Shown: positions 62,495-64,000 of the stretch, one piece after another
Layout of the letters: each line of letters begins with the position of its first letter
How positions within the stretch are numbered: the stretch's first letter is position 1
Virus record (IMG/VR): IMGVR_UViG_3300037467_002622
Direction: 5' to 3' (one strand)
Length of the DNA stretch: 64,000 nucleotides
Source of the DNA: an uncultured virus (IMG/VR IMGVR_UViG_3300037467_002622)
Lineage: Duplodnaviria; Heunggongvirae; Uroviricota; Caudoviricetes
Program-made: the position numbers and the translations under genes
Notes under the pieces: generated by a model
What the model saw: the letters and a program-made list of their open reading frames with translations, nothing else
Told to the model about the DNA's origin: nothing
Databases searched by the model: none

Positions 62495-62848
62495 CCGACG
62501 AGCGCGCGAGGAGGCGTCGATGAGCGGCTCGATCGATCCGCAGCCGCGCCGGACCTGGGTATCCCACGACCCCCAGAGCAAGATCCGGTGTCACCTGGGC
62601 ATGAGCGGCCGCGTTGCCCTCGGCGAGGTCTACAACCACTTCGTCGAGCACTACCCCGACGTCGACTTCTGGAACATCGAGTGGTCGGCCGCCTCGGTCA
62701 CCTGGGAGGACGAGCCCACCGAGGAGGAGAGCAAGAAGCGAGCCGAGTGGGGCAGCAAGCAGCGCGAGCGCACCGAGGAGTGGGAGCGCAAGACCTTCGC
62801 CCGGCTCAAGGCCAAGTTCGAACCCGATTCCGCACAGGAGGAACCCAC

Positions 62849-63607
62849 ATGATCAAGACCACCGATGTCCAGCCCACCGCGCTGGATGTCAAGGTGCCCA
62901 TCGGCGAGATCGTCGTCACCGTCCAGGAAGGCCTGAAGTACGGCTCCGTCGTGCTGGAGCCGATCCAGCACGACGACGAGGACGCCGCCTGGATGATCGA
63001 GAACGCCAAGATCGTGACCGCCGGGAGCAAGCTGGTGGTGGACATCCCGGCGAAGTCCTACGAGGGCGTGGTCGTCCACGGCGGCCGCAGTTCGGTCGTC
63101 ATCGGGCGCGGCAACATCGTGATCGGCAACAACATCCGGATGCAGGGGAACTACGTCTCCGGCGGGGGCGCCATCCACATCGGCAGCTCGGGCGTGCGCG
63201 CGAAGATCGCCATCCCCTCGGGGGTCAGCGCGAAGCTGCGCGGCGAGGACACCGACGTCCGCGTGGTCGGCATGCTCGCCGCGCTGGACGTGCGCACGAC
63301 GAACGGGAACATCGGCTCGGGCCAGCACCAGGAAGAGGTCGAGGTCGAGTCCACCAACGGCTCGATCTACCTGGAGTCGGTCGGGCGCGCCGAGGTGCAC
63401 TCGACGAACGGCAGCATCACGGTCCAGCGGGTTCTCGGCAAGACCAAGCTGCGCGCCACCAACGGCAGCATCGACGCGGTCACCCAGACGGACAAGTTCA
63501 CCGCGCGCACCACGAACGGCTCGTGCCGCGTCATCGCCGACGGTGTCCAGCTCGACGACGACGCGGTGAGCACGACCAACGGGCGCCGCAGCCTCATCCG
63601 GCGCTGA
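62849..63607 (+). CDS. DUF4097-like beta-repeat protein
   Basis: Repeated (S/T)TNG(S/N)I units. Confidence 0.8.
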   Translation: MIKTTDVQPTALDVKVPIGEIVVTVQEGLKYGSVVLEPIQHDDEDAAWMIENAKIVTAGSKLVVDIPAKSYEGVVVHGGRSSVVIGRGNIVIGNNIRMQGNYVSGGGAIHIGSSGVRAKIAIPSGVSAKLRGEDTDVRVVGMLAALDVRTTNGNIGSGQHQEEVEVESTNGSIYLESVGRAEVHSTNGSITVQRVLGKTKLRATNGSIDAVTQTDKFTARTTNGSCRVIADGVQLDDDAVSTTNGRRSLIRR

Positions 63608-63617
63608 GAGGGAGATC

Positions 63618-64000
63618 ATGAAGCACTTCTACGACCTGGAGTTCCTGGAGAACGGCCACACCATCGAGCTGATCTCCATCGGCATCGTCTCCGACGACGG
63701 CAGCGAGTACTACGCGGTCAACTCCGACATCCAGACCGACAAGGATCTGCACGAGCGGATCTCCGAGCACGACTTCCTGGCCAAGGAGGTGATCAAGCAC
63801 CTCCCGCTGGTCGACGACCACAAGGTGGCCGAGCAGCTGAAGGCGGCGGCCATGAGCAAGCGCACTCCGTACTTCGAGCCGTCGAGCAGGCAGTACACCG
63901 ATGACGCGACCCGGCTGGACTGGGAGCTGGACATGACCGACATCGACGTCAAGCCGAAGTGGGTCATCGCCAACGAGGTGCAGAAGTACTTCCTCAACCG
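63618..64000 (+). CDS. DnaQ-like 3'-5' exonuclease (Rv2179c-like), 3'-truncated
   Basis: FYDLEFLENG.TIELISIGIV..DG.EYYAVN. Confidence 0.85.
   Translation, partial: MKHFYDLEFLENGHTIELISIGIVSDDGSEYYAVNSDIQTDKDLHERISEHDFLAKEVIKHLPLVDDHKVAEQLKAAAMSKRTPYFEPSSRQYTDDATRLDWELDMTDIDVKPKWVIANEVQKYFLN

Overview
A 64-kb, high-GC (roughly 70% by eye, not computed) segment of a large actinobacterial mobile element, either a jumbo phage/phage-plasmid or a megaplasmid. No capsid, tail, terminase, integrase or replicase gene is recognisable here, so the element type cannot be fixed. Almost all genes are short, phage-like and on the + strand. Recognisable products are a 5'-truncated polyvalent protein (ADP-ribosyltransferase-like, RelE-like, GNAT and nucleotidyltransferase domains), Lsr2, WhiB, an Rmf-like peptide, ArdC, ParB-like and DUF262-like proteins, a metallophosphoesterase, an M50 protease, an HNH nuclease, a Nudix hydrolase, a LAxTG sortase-type surface protein and a DnaQ-like exonuclease. 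A reverse-strand TraB(FtsK)/Spd-like transfer operon sits beside a repeat-rich candidate clt locus. The main unexplained signal is non-coding. About 29 dispersed copies (plus 3 degenerate ones) of a composite element head most transcription units. Each consists of a sigma70-type promoter (TTGACN-N17/18-TANNNT) with a 16-bp palindrome CTACCY-RWWY-RGGTAG in its spacer, followed by a short leader ending in a conserved CCRCAYYGGAGG box. This suggests an element-wide regulon of promoter-operator-leader cassettes. All domain assignments come from motif recognition by eye, not from database searches.
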